Part shown: one piece after another, positions 11,840 to 24,152 of the stretch | Layout: every line of letters begins with the position of its first letter | How positions within the stretch are numbered: the first letter of the stretch is position 1 | Assembly (NCBI GenBank): GCA_040954595.2 | Contig: CM082591.2 | Location: 1,105,882 to 1,169,881, forward strand | Length of the DNA: 64,000 nucleotides | Reading direction: 5' to 3' | Origin: Balanoglossus misakiensis | Lineage: Eukaryota > Animalia > Hemichordata | Made by a program: the position numbers and the translations under genes | Notes under the pieces: model-generated | Databases searched by the model: none | What the model was told of the DNA's origin: nothing | The model's input: only the letters and a program-made list of their open reading frames with translations

Positions 11840-11932
11840 TTCACCCTTTAACCAATATGGTTTGGCCCAAATCCATTGTTTTCTATGGTGATGTTGAACT
11901 TCTATAGGGGGAACTGGGATGGAAAGGGTTTA
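11840..11932. mobile_element. Degenerate copy of the ~90-bp piggyBac-like MITE
   Basis: Aligns by eye with the copies at 47597, 49338 and 61921 (ATGGTT..CCAAA.CCATTGTTTTCTATGGT...GGGAACTGGG..GAAAGGGTT). Confidence 0.7.
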
Positions 11933-12588
11933 AATGAAATCTATACCTATTTCAATGAAAAAAACATAAAACATAACAAAGAAATCTGATGTTAAAAATT
12001 AATCTTAACTTAAATATTCATTCCAAACCTAGAAATAAATTACAGAGTTACTGGCATATGTGATGTAACAATCACTTTTGAAACTACAAATTCCATTCCA
12101 CAAATGTTGTGTCATCATGTTCAGATGATTGTCAGCTGCCAACAACTTTGTCTGAACAGTTGTTCACTGTTCAGTGAGTTGCAGAAATCATCACTTTCAA
12201 CAGAGTGTAAATCTGGTCTCTGGAGGAGGCCACAAGAAACAGATCTTGAAACCCAGACTTGTAAAAATAATACATGAGGTAATTGAATAAACACTGCTTT
12301 GATATAAACCCTAAGAAATACTTACAGTGTCTCACAAAACACTGAAAATATTCAGCCAATAAAATGCTCTGTGGGAACTGTAATGCTAGAATATGTACAA
12401 CAGAGAAAGCAGTCCCCCCATTGGACAATCACACTTCCAAATAAGGAGAGAAAATTTTCCTTTTATGATCTGAACTTCTGCAAGGATCAGAGACAGTCTC
12501 TAGCACAACAAACTAGTGGAGAAAAATTATTAAAACAACAGCTAAAAGTTCATATATAAAAGTCAACATAAAAGGCTACAGGGACGGA

Positions 12589-14331
12589 TTATTCAAACTT
12601 TTTCTTGAGTGTTTTCTTGAAGAACACTGGTAACAATGACAAGATGGCTAAAACAGCGAGTACAATGACTGACTTCATTGACATGGCATCACTTGCGTTC
12701 ATCAGTTGGTATAATGTTGTGCCTGCCTGTATTGCAATGAATGACAGTGGAGCTACACCTAAGATACAGAAAATAAAACAAAGAGAGTAATCAGTATGCC
12801 GTGAAACCTTATTCAGCTCAAAATGTTGGCAAATTTTGAGAACTCTGAATGTGTGTAATCAAAAGTTCAACTCTACTTACCAAAAAACGTTCCAACAAAA
12901 AATGGAGTGAGTGGAACATCTATGACCGGAGATGTTATGTTGATAAACCAATTTGGTAAAAATGGTGTGATTCTTAAAAACAATATGTAATTTAGTAAAT
13001 GATCTCTGTGTCTGTTTACCTGCAAGTAAAAGGAAACTGACATTATTTCTTGTGAAATCTAAACTATAAAAGACCAGAGCTATGATAGTTTATCCGATGG
13101 TACTTAGAAATGAAGCAACAAACAAACAAACTTACTCTTGCTGCCCAATCAGCAACCCTTTCAGGGATGTATTTTTGCACCAGTTTTCTCCCGACCAAAT
13201 ACGACAGCAAATAGCAGTTAGTTGCACCAATCCCTGAACACTGCAATAGAATAAAAAACCCTTTGATTAATATCAGTAGATTTCTGGATAAAGGGTACTT
13301 AAAGTGGAACGTTACCCACAATTTTTGGGTTTCAGAGAATGATAGGGATGTCAAGAATGGCAACGTTCTGATGGGTTTATTCACTTTCATTTCCCACAAA
13401 GCCGGTCATGTAAATATTCACCAAATACTCACCAAACATACCATGAACAATGCCAATGGAAACGGATAAAGGAATCCTGACAATATACTGAGGAATATTG
13501 AACCCGGAATTGCGAATGTTTGCAAGCTGACAGTTCAGTTAAGGAGCTAACAGTCATGTGATCACAAAGAAACAACAGCAGCTGCAATGGTGGTGAAGGT
13601 ACAAAGGTAATCACAGGGAGACATAGTAGTCTAATGAATCAATGTTATACAAGATAAAGGATACAATATATAAGTTATAAAGTAACCACTGATCACAGTG
13701 TAGTAGTGTGCATCTTTGTAAAGGGACAATACTTTTCCCAAGTTCTTGGCATCATCCATACTTTTTGGCAGTCTAATCATTTCTGCTTCCTCTCTGTAAA
13801 AAAAAAGTGTAAACCAGAAATGGGGTAAAATACAATCCAACAACAGTCGTAACTTTGTATATTAAAATTATATGGAGGAAATATATGGTATGTACTCACG
13901 GCTGTAACTTTGGGAAAGTGAAGTATACACCACTCATTGCAATCAATGAAGTCAGGAAAATAAGTGCCAGTATAACAAATGATCGCGTTGAGCCCTCATC
14001 TTTATACTCGTACTTGGGAGATGCGTTGCTATCTGAAATAGACACATAGTACGATCACAACATTGAAACAATGTTAACACGCTCACTTCTGATTGTGAAA
14101 TGCCCAACGCATCATGTCCAACATACTCACATAACCCGTACAAGTTCACTGGTATACATGTACAATCTAATCAATGAATTCGTGGTGTGAGCGAACCCAA
14201 ATTAACCGATCATACGATCACGATGTTTAGTTTACCATTACCACCAATAACCAAATTTACGTACCACGCCCACCGATAGGCTTATCATTGTGTTCTATTC
14301 GCTCCCGTAGGTCAGTATCGGTATCCGCCAT
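12589..14331 (-). CDS. TMEM41B: Transmembrane protein 41B / stasimon (VTT/DedA-domain lipid scramblase)
   Basis: Seven exons, approx. 14331-14265, 14032-13900, 13793-13665, 13526-13432, 13240-13136, 12997-12880, 12758-12589. Signature peptides include DDAKNLGKVLSLYKD, YIFLQTFAIPGSIFLSILSGFLYPFP, LRITPFLPNWFINITSPV, GVAPLSFIAIQAGTTLYQL and C-terminal LKKKFE*. Confidence 0.95.
13527..13664 (-). other. U12-type (minor spliceosome) GT-AG intron in TMEM41B
   Basis: 5' splice site GTATCCTT at 13664; branch site TCCTTAAC (plus strand GTTAAGGA, 13538-13545) about 10 nt from the AG; no polypyrimidine tract. Splicing restores YIF/LQTFAIPGS. Confidence 0.92.
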
Positions 14332-14662
14332 TTGTCGTCGCCAGGAAGATAATGACGGTCGCTTAAGACGATTAATATTCGGGATTGTAATGAAATTGTG
14401 ATAGTTCTCTTCCGACGTGTATCTAAATTCAGCGAACGCAACCGTATCAATCACCATCGCACGAGCCGGCGTATCTGTTATTTGTAGCTGCTTGTTCGTT
14501 TAACTAACCCAATCGCTGCTGAAAAATTATGAATACAAAAATAATACCTTTGAAATATGTGATGTTTAAAAGTATTTTGTTTTAATGTATGCATATATGA
14601 AATGACTGCGTACACAAATATGTACAGAAAGTTGGGAATATTATATATTATGTGCGGAACGA

Positions 14663-14874
14663 TTACACAGTCTGTGTATAACGTGTCTGGTTCGCTGATT
14701 CCATATTCTGCCGCTGGCTGCGCTGTTTTGTGGGAACAGCTTGACCCTTGACCCCGGCTGGACCCTCCATGCTTGACCCCCGTGATATCGGAGAAATGTC
14801 CATAGATCTGAGGTCAACATGGTCTAAATTGTCTAGTGTGAATTGGCAAGAAGTGTTGTTGTTTGAGTTGTGAC
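14663..14874 (-). CDS. Putative alternative terminal coding exon of TNFR-like gene A
   Basis: Strong acceptor CTCTTTTTTTAACAG. Phase 1 matches the gene A donor at 16223. About 70 open codons, more GC-rich than the flanks, end in ...RYTQTV*. An ATTAAA lies about 80 nt downstream. Confidence 0.45.
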
Positions 14875-15284
14875 CTGTTAAAAAAAGAGTCCGTGCAAAT
14901 GTGCATGACGAGCGAACACAATAGAGTCCGAAACCCTTTCGTTTACAATAAAACCACCACAGATTGGTTGGATAACACAATGTTGTTGCATTGCATTTTA
15001 TTGGAACAATTAAAAAAACGTCGGCAAACCTTTGCCTATAATTACATAAATGGCTGAAATTGTCAAAATTGGTTTATGACATTTTAATATATGTTAATTG
15101 ATGTCGCATACTACGCGGCATAGTCACAGACCTACGCCTAACTTTGAACAAAATGTGGAATAATTTCGTCAGTATAAATAAATAGAAAACGTTAAAGTTC
15201 ATATACTATTATACAATGGAGCATTTCCGCGATTTTGTATATCACCGTTCTGTCGCAACTAGTTTTCTTTGCGTTCAAAGACGA

Positions 15285-16853
15285 TCAATTCGGCTTAATG
15301 TGTTCCTCATCTTCCTCGTGGGCGAGATTTGTGTAGCCTTTCTTTTGTTTCACGGTGTCTTCCAGCGCGCTGAACACAAGATTTGGAGTGATTGTTGGCA
15401 AATTACGCCCTGAAAGGAAACGAAAGTGAAAATGTTTGGAATGTGAAGGATGACATCATTTCAAAATTTGTCGATGAACAATTGACGAGTCGTTTTCACA
15501 GGCATGAGAGCACTTTAGACTAATTTGAGAATACTTGAGAACATATACGATGCTCAAATGGTATGATACAAACCAGCCTAAGTACATTTGAAGATAAATG
15601 GGTTTGTTTTTAAAAGCTGCGGTATATTTAGTGGTGAGCACTAGATGACTCCGTTATCTGAAACTGAGATGTTTTTCATTATAAACCATTGCAACCACTA
15701 TATGCAGAACCAATTGGTCACTGTTATTTCACTCTTGACTAATTTATCGCTGTGACTTAAAACTTGATATTTAAATATTTTAGTCGCACTTCCAATTGTA
15801 TACATTTAAAAAGACCACCTCGTGCTTAAATAATCGCCCACGTTTTGTTGAACAATATATTTCTACTAGAACGCACACAGAAAAATATGTTAGACTCGCC
15901 CACAGAGTATTAGTCATGCAATAGCTATGTTACTTTGAACAGCACTATTTTTAGGTGTACTTGTTCGGTGACTTTATACTTTATAATAAAGCGTTTTCGA
16001 CATGCGAAGCAAAATACCGCCTCAATCTCATCGACCTAGTTTAAATCGATTTGTACAACTGCTTTTAAATTAGGGAATTACCAATTCCGTACTGTTGTTT
16101 GCTTCTTTATCTATAGAGACCATTGTTTACGTGGGGAATTTCCCTACTATTAAAGTTTCGGAAACCTATTCATAATTTGGCTAGATCTAGACCTTGAACA
16201 AGAAAAGCAAGTGTTTCTTTACCTTTAGACCCTTTGGATGTCTTTGCTTCTTTCGATTTCAAGTTTGTGTTCCTTCTTGATTTTCGTACTGACGCTACGG
16301 TTGCTATGATCACCAAGACGACGACTGCACAAACCACGGCGACAAAGAGCGTTACCGAGGCAACGAAAAGCGCGTCAACATCAGCTGAGGAAATGGTGTC
16401 GGGATTTTCATCACAGTCAGGTGAACTTTCCGTGACTTCCTCTCTCGGTAGAGTTGATACTTCTTCTTTCTTGTCGCCTTCTTGTCGCCCCTCCACGATG
16501 TACCACGGTTGGCAGGATTTGGTCCCCTCATCAAACACATACCCCTCCTGGACGCACCCTCCACACACCGTGTCAGTAAAGGTCTTGCATCTTGTAACGA
16601 CCTCTGCCCCCACGGGACAGATTTGACACTGACGACAGACAAACCCTGGATCTATAGACTGGTCAACTCCATTGTCGTTCGTGTAGATTCCAGCTGGAAT
16701 TCTATAGACGAACTGTCCAGGCAGACAGTCGAGTTCTGGTCGTTGAATCGAATCAGACGTGACATGTGGTTGTTTGATGACTGCGCAGGAAGTGTAAATG
16801 TTGTTTGAACAAAGCATAATTACAATAAATGGTATTTTTTCCGAGAAAATCAT
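15285..16853 (-). CDS. TNF receptor superfamily-like type I membrane protein A (no death domain)
   Basis: Exons 16853-16223 and 15409-15285. Hydrophobic N-terminus; TNFR-type CRD (CRQCQICPVGAEVVTRCKTFTDTVCGGC...SCQPW); TM helix LFVASVTLFVAVVCAVVVLVIIA; basic stop-transfer. Exon 2 (RNLPTITPNL...KKGYTNLAHEEDE) is homologous to exon 2 of paralog D. Confidence 0.8.
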
Positions 16854-16946
16854 ACTTCCGTCGAGAGCAGACGTTGGTGTGATCCTGAATTGTCGGGACA
16901 AAAGTCGGGACTAGTCTGGTTGCGTTGTGTACTTAATTGTTAATCT

Positions 16947-16967
16947 TTTTATACTTGGGGCTTCCCC
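16947..16967 (-). promoter_or_regulatory. TATA box with adjacent NF-kB site upstream of TNFR-like A
   Basis: Minus-strand TATAAAA at 16953-16947 and GGGGCTTCCCC at 16957-16967, about 100 bp upstream of the ATG. Confidence 0.6.
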
Positions 16968-17573
16968 GTCAGAATGATTCTGACTCATGTAGGCCCCGGA
17001 ATGAGCCAGTCTATTGTCAGAATTTTGTGCATGGTCATCGCGACTTCAGTGAGACATTGAATCACTGGCATTATTGGCTAAGATCTAAATGAAGCGATTT
17101 GCAGATGTACAGAAAATAAATAACGATTAACACAATGCTGAATGATGCCAACGTGTCATGATTGAGACAATTTATGATGCGTTGAATGGAGACAACATTT
17201 GAACACTGATAAGGGTAGAGTATGTATGTAGAGGTGTGATCTAGATTTTAATGCAAACTTCCATTTATTTATTGTGCTATTTTATTTATTAACTACAAAG
17301 TATATATACAAAGTATATGACATTTGATGATTAGTAGAAGTGTAAACAACTTGAATTTTATTCACGCCACATCAAGTTCAATAAGCATATACCGACGCCA
17401 GTGGGCTAGATAGCATAGTATCAAAGGAATATAGCTCTACCTATTCTTTACCCGTAAAGGAGTATCATGCCTCTTACATGTACAGATGCTAACCCCCAAA
17501 TTCAGCAAAACTACACTCTTCGCAAAACATGATGTTTAGAATACATCTTTGCATTCATTTGCATCGTAGGGAC

Positions 17574-19183
17574 TCAGATGAAATGTTTTCTTTCTCCCTG
17601 CCCTTTTCCTGTCACCAACGTTGCACTGTCCCCCTCTTTCGCCAAGATCAACGACAACTTCGTCTCGTCGTCTTGGTAACCGTCATTCACATGACCTGTT
17701 TTATCAGTACCCGCTTTCTTCGTGCTTTTGTCAGCGCCCCCAAAGGCGGGAATCGTCGATGGGAGATTTTTTCCTACAAGACGAAAAAACAAACACCGTT
17801 GTTATATCACTTGTCTGTACTACGGTACATGTAGAGAACACTATTGGAACTACTTTGTGATAACAAGATTTAGTAAAAAGGGTAATCTTAATGACTACAC
17901 TTTAAAAGTCAGTGGCACTTCTTGGACTCATATGATAAGGTTTCCCTTTATCAGCACTTTTCGACACCTGTCTTTTGTCAGTTGAGTGAACGAGTTTAAA
18001 CAAGTGCGTTCTTGTTGGCAAGTCAGCACTTGTTACTGTTCGACGTCTAGCTCTTTTGCAAGTTTGCTTGATTGCAAAATATTCAGAAATCGAGCCAAAC
18101 AAGCTATGTCACGTGGACACGGTTTAAACACTAACGCCAGCATTGATTGGTTTATTTGAACAATGCACAATCAAAACTAAATATGGTCATGACTAAATCT
18201 ATTGTTTAAAGACAATCTGTCTGTCTGCCTGCATGTCTGTCTCTTGTATATAATAGTGCCGCACTGACACTCTCTACAAATACCAGTTGAATCACACGTT
18301 CTCGACGCAGCTTAAAAAACAAAATATATTCTGAAAGAATGAGAATGATGACAGCTGGAACGAAACGCGGTGACATCACTCCCACGCGGCAATGAATGTA
18401 CAAATAATGTCTGCCTTCTCCATTGAGTAATGCTGTAGAGTCACAATTACATTGTGATTCATACTTTCCCACATGTTTGCGAATCTGTCTGATTCAGCCT
18501 CACTACTGAATGTAATATCGCTGTAAACCTTTTTCAGTGTAGTGGTGCATGTACAGTATGAGTTGAGTGTAAAAGCAGTTTCGATTTGAGTATTAAACAG
18601 AAAGTAAACGCTTACCTTGTGTGTTTGTGCTCTTTTTCTTCCGATATTTCAATTTTGCTACAAGTGCAGCAATGACCAGTATCACCGACACGGTCAACAC
18701 AACTGCAAACAGCGTTGCAGACGCGATAAACAGCACATCAATACTAGTTGCCGATACTTGCATGAAGGCGTTTTTGCACTCGTCGTCTGTCTCTTCAGAT
18801 GGCTTGGTTGCTGGACTGGTTGGTGTACCCTCGATTGCAGACATTGGTTGGCATGACTTCGTTCCCAGGTCAAAGATGTAACCCTCCACGCACTCCCCGC
18901 AGACCGTATCGGTCAACGGCGTGCACGATGACAAAACCTTGGCGCCGTCCACGCAAACTGTGCAAGGTCGGCAAATGCGATCCAGATCTATGCCTTGATC
19001 TCCACCATTCTCTGCAGTAATACTTCCCTCTTCAATATCAAACAGGTATCTTCCTTCAGGGCAAAGAACCAGGTCACTCAAAGCGCGTTGTGTAGTCGTT
19101 GGAACGGCGGCTGACGATACCAAAAAAGTGACAAACACGTTCAGAAATACCGCTTCGTCGAGGAGCCTGGTCAAAATCATCAT
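17574..19183 (-). CDS. TNF receptor superfamily-like type I membrane protein B (no death domain)
   Basis: Exons 19183-18616 and 17773-17574. Signal peptide; CPEGRY...CRPCTVCVDGAKVLSSCTPLTDTVCGECVEGYIFDLGTKSCQP; TM LFIASATLFAVVLTVSVILVIAAL; tail KNLPSTIP...GHVNDGYQDDE...KHFI*. NF-kB site GGGAATTTCCC at 19312-19322. Confidence 0.82.
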
Positions 19184-20927
19184 GGAACCGTAGAAATTAG
19201 AGATTTTTGGTCAATTGAGAAGCCTCGCCCTGTGCAAGTAGCATATGTCTGTCCACACTAAGAGAACAAAATGTCTATAAATGTTAACAAGCTTGTTTCG
19301 TAGAATCGACAGGGAATTTCCCCTTTTATCATCGACATATATAACGTAGCAAAGAGAAGTGGGTATGAAAAAACATCACATTTTCCATTCTTTTGGCATC
19401 AATGGATGTCTTTCAATTGAGAATTTATTACCTTGTTCTGCTGACTAAACCATGACGAATCATCAATTGTTATTAAAGCTCCACCCTCACCCTACTAATA
19501 CACATAGTAGCTATAGTCACCGTTGAAAAAATAGAAGGTCCCGGACTTTACATCAGTCCAGGATTGTTACCAAGAGAATGAGATGTACCCTGGATAATTC
19601 TCTGCAGAATCTCGACATCATTTATATTCCGTGCAGTTATGGAGATGTTGCATGGATGCCGTGAATGTGAATCTATACCACATTCACTGACACCGCACCC
19701 TCTACCCCTGTACGGGTGCTTTCATTTATTTTCACCAAATTTTAACCAATTCACAAATTTTAACTTCCAGTCATTGTCTGTGCCAATGCCATTGTCTTCT
19801 AAAGATTCGCTATAGATGATTTTCTGTTGTGAAACCCATTTTTTTTTTATTTTGGTGTGTTGCAATTAAGATACGATGGAGTCACAAAAGGACAATGGAA
19901 AACCCCCAACTTAACAAAACCAACAGAATGATCTGTCACAGTATGCGCATGCGCGAGTCACTTCACATGCTATTTTTAGCTGGGTATTTCCCAAGTTCCT
20001 CCATTGTCCGAGCACTTATTGACTTAACCACGACCACAACACTCGTGGACGGTAACCTTAGACAATGACAATTCTCAGTAGCTTACTAGTATTTCAGTGG
20101 AATGAACCCAATATGTTTGGATCTGTTCAGATGGTGTTAGACGAATGTGAATTTATACGAACACTTTTTGACACTAAATTGACTGGTTTCTTCAACAAGG
20201 TTCTGAAGTTGCCTCGACATAGAAGTTCTCCCAAGGACTTGAGTTTGACAAAGCAATAACGAAACTTCACAATAATATTATTCAGTGTATGGCACTACCA
20301 CTGAGATAGTCTTGTATCTATACGGCTAGATACTAGACTACCACTAAGACTCCATATTATAAGTTCCTTACTCTATTTGCTTTGCGGCCGCACCTGTACG
20401 TCACGTGGTCAAAGGTCGCCGTGGTCATTTAGCCCGAATTAGGGCTAAACTGAAAAGACGTCATCAAACTGTTGTCATGGACTTACGACGTCATCAGTCA
20501 CATGCGATATCTTTTGTAAAGGAAATTAGTTGGGAATAGTTGTCTCCTACCCAAAGGAGGATTTCAGAAGCTGTAGTGCATACTGTTTTTTTAGAATGAC
20601 ATAACACATCACAGTTACTACCGATGTTTACGATACACGACGTTCCAAGGTTAAGGAGTAGTCCAGCTATCTGGGACCAGCTGCGTTAACTGGGATGAGT
20701 GATTTTACATTTCTCATCGGTTAGGTCGAACAATAACTACCGTACTGCAGTTAGAAATCACGTCAGTGCTGGCCACTTCGTCGAGAGAGGGTCACTGGCA
20801 AGCATCGAGCAGCCATTGGGACTGAATTTGAACATTTATATACGGTACTGACCACCACATATTCTCGCCTGGGCACCTTACAATGCTCTGCAGCACTGGT
20901 GCGCACAATCCTGAAATCAGCTAAATA

Positions 20928-22717
20928 ATGACTGAAAAACCAACGACATTCCACCTGTCCATGATCTGTCGGAATGTACTGATCATTGTATTTGTAGTAG
21001 CCGTCGCGGTTGTCGTCAACTCCGAAACACCAGACTACTGTCACGGAAAGGAATTTTACGAGAAATACAACGGGTGTGTCTGCGGAGAAGAATTTGCCAG
21101 GAAGGTGAAATCTAAAGACGCCAGGCAAAGAGAAGACGATCATGACCACTATCATCAAATCATCATCGGAACAAAGACAAGGTAAAGTGGATGGAAAGTT
21201 GTATCGTTTACTTGCCATATAATCTAATTATGATATACTTTTCACAAGATCATAAAGCCATTCGGTATTAAGCTGAAATTGTTCAGGGTCACGGCCGTAT
21301 CTGTATAGTGCGCATGCCATATTCAAGTTTATCTAGGACAGTCTATAGTTCAATCTTGCTCGTTCATCCGTGGATGAAATTCCCTAACACTTCTTTCAGC
21401 TTGATCCATTTAAGTTCAACTGAACTATATAGAAACGCACTGAGACCAGAATTCGTGACCATGTCACTTCATGGGATATATCTGACAGCTTTACAAAGGC
21501 CATTGTGTGTTGCCGGTAGTTTCCGCATACTTATCTAAAGCAACCCAAAGCCGCTGTATTTTACCTGATCTGACATCACTTCAAAACTATGCAGTACACA
21601 GTACACCCGCCCACGCTTGCACCATTACCTACGACAAATATTATCTACCGCGAGATATCACAGACATGTTTCGGGCAAACACGAAACTGTTGCCAGAACG
21701 CAAATACTCCTACTTATTTTATGTTACTGGGGAACAGTCAGACAATATGTGACCTGTTCTATGATACTAATATACTGAAGTTTCAGTGGTTTTTCAAATT
21801 CCAAATTACAGGTACTATGTGTGTATGCCCTGCACAATGTGCGAAGATGGTGTGAGGCAGATTGCGCCTTGCTGGGAGAACCAGAACACCATGTGTGACT
21901 CAAGGAACTGTGAAGATCCAAACATGTATTTCGATGTTGGTACAAAGTCTTGCCAACCTAAAGGTAAGAAGAGTGGCTCTCGTGGAATTCGAGACTTAGC
22001 GATTTAGCGTGATTTTCTTTCAAACTGATTTGTTACGATGTGCTATTCTATATCATGTTCTGTAAAACTTTTCTTGTATACTCCAAGTTAAAATGATGAA
22101 ATGTCGCACATGTGCAGTTCAAACGACAGCCTCCCTTTAAAATCAGATCTCTAACTTTGTTCATGTATTTTTTCCATAGAGGAATCCAAGCAGATCAAAG
22201 ACTCTGAGTCGACAACAGATCCGACAATCACACATGATACGCTGGGAGATAATACAGACAACGCCCAAGTTTTGCCAGGTAGGAACTTAGTTAATTTACA
22301 CCTTTAATTTACATATGACCATTTATGGATAAAGGGTGTGTCCAAGTCTTTGAATGACAGTAATAAATGTGCTGAAATTTGCATAGTTCACGTCATTGTG
22401 TCGCTTCGCATCGAAATTACCACAAAATGACACTTTAAGTTCACTGACATGGTTTGTTTGTTATTACAGAAGTTGGCCAAGACGTTGGATCTAAAACTGA
22501 ATCATCGCCTATGTTCAAGGTCTTGATTGTCGTAGTCTGTGTATGTTCAGTAATCATCGCTGTCGTTGTAGTGCTGTTGCTCGTCATAGGAATCGGAGGA
22601 GTGTGCAAGCGCGTTTTAAGAAACCCCAGCTCCACCTCTACTTCTACAGACGAAATCAAAATGAACTCCTTTAAAGGATCTGAAGACGATCGAAGTATAC
22701 AAAGCTCTAACGTTTGA
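20928..22717 (+). CDS. TNF receptor superfamily-like type I membrane protein C (four exons, short tail)
   Basis: Phase-compatible exons 20928-21181, 21812-21963, 22180-22278, 22470-22717. Signal/anchor; CMPCTMCEDGVRQIAPCWENQNTMCDSRNC...YFDVGTKSCQP; TM VLIVVVCVCSVIIAVVVVLLLVIGIGGV; ends SSNV*. Confidence 0.8.
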
Positions 22718-23129
22718 TGTCAATTTCTTTTTCAAATAACAACATATGAGTAGCAAGGAATGAATTGTCCAACATAGACAAATTATATCAACAACAGGAA
22801 AATAATTTTAATTAGTATGCTGTAAATATGGATGAAAACTAAATTTAGTATATATCATCATGATTCGAGAGTAATTTATGAATTACTGTTAAGACGGTTT
22901 GTCATTGTTTAGCGCCGGGATTCATCAGCCCGTAGTCGCTCCACAAAGGTCACGTGACCATGAGTAGAGTAGAGTACTGTTCTCAGCTTGGCCTTCATTT
23001 TTTTTGGTTAAAAAATAGCTTTTCTAGCCATAATGATTGTACAGGATTTTGTGTGGTATTATCACAGGAAACTCAATATGATTTCTCGATGAGAAATCGA
23101 CAGGAAAAAGTTGCCCTATGAAAGGCATT

Positions 23130-23246
23130 TACTTTTGTTTGCGTTTAACTGTGGCGATCACGTGAGGGTAAAAGTTTTTTGACAAGAAGATCACCAATTT
23201 AAGTTTGATGTCACGTGATCGCCACAGTTCACCGCAAACAAAAGTA
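23130..23246. mobile_element. Small hairpin/MITE-like inverted repeat
   Basis: Arms TACTTTTGTTTGCGTTTAACTGTGGCGATCACGTGA (23130-23165) and TCACGTGATCGCCACAGTTCACCGCAAACAAAAGTA (23211-23246), with two mismatches and TA at both ends. Confidence 0.75.
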
Positions 23247-24152
23247 TATGACTGTCTATTGTGTAGACATGATGCTTTCAGTAATCAGTGTTAAAGATAA
23301 AACTGACGAAAGCATTGACTGTATCTTGTATTTGAGAGATAATAAAGACATTTTTTTTCTATATGAATCATTTGTCTTGTTGTGAGTGACTTTAAATTTC
23401 ACCCCATGATTCTCCATTGAGTAGCGAGAAAATTCTAGATCATGCAACCTATAAACAGTGGTTAAGATAGTATCTCTTGAATGTGCACTTCAAAGCGAGA
23501 TTGCGAGATTTGCAGTACATGTATGAACAGGTAGGCCTAAATGGCATATAGTGACGTCAGTGTACTGATTGAGGCGAGGGGATTTCCATTAGTCTCGCCA
23601 CTCATACGCATGCGTGGCAAAAATTGGGATTCCCCTTTATAATACCAATCCGTTCCTGTTGACTATTTTAATGCCTTCATGACAACGAATGTAACAATGA
23701 GTATACAGAGATATAGTTTATCAGTAATATTAACCTATTCTACTGCCGCGAATTAGTTTGTTAACGTTCAAATTAGGCCCACTTTGCAAATATGCAACTG
23801 TGCTATATATTCTGAGCAGGACATTCATTGATTTAAGATCAACGTCTTTTAACAAAGTTGTGATAATAAAGGAAAACGCCTATGCACATCTATGGCAAGG
23901 CAACCCAATTGAAAATGAATGTTTTTGGTGATGCAAAAATGTCAAAATAGTAATGGGATAAATAAGAATTGATCATCACATTGTTATGTGTGAATGTATA
24001 AAATTGACGATGACGTCATGTAGAGGTCAAAGGTTCGAAACGGGTATTTCCACACAACAGCTGTTTTACTTTTATATCTCTAATTGCTATAATAGAACAC
24101 CACATATAAACACAAATTCACGACTGTTCGGAGTTAAGTTAAGTCCTCTGAT

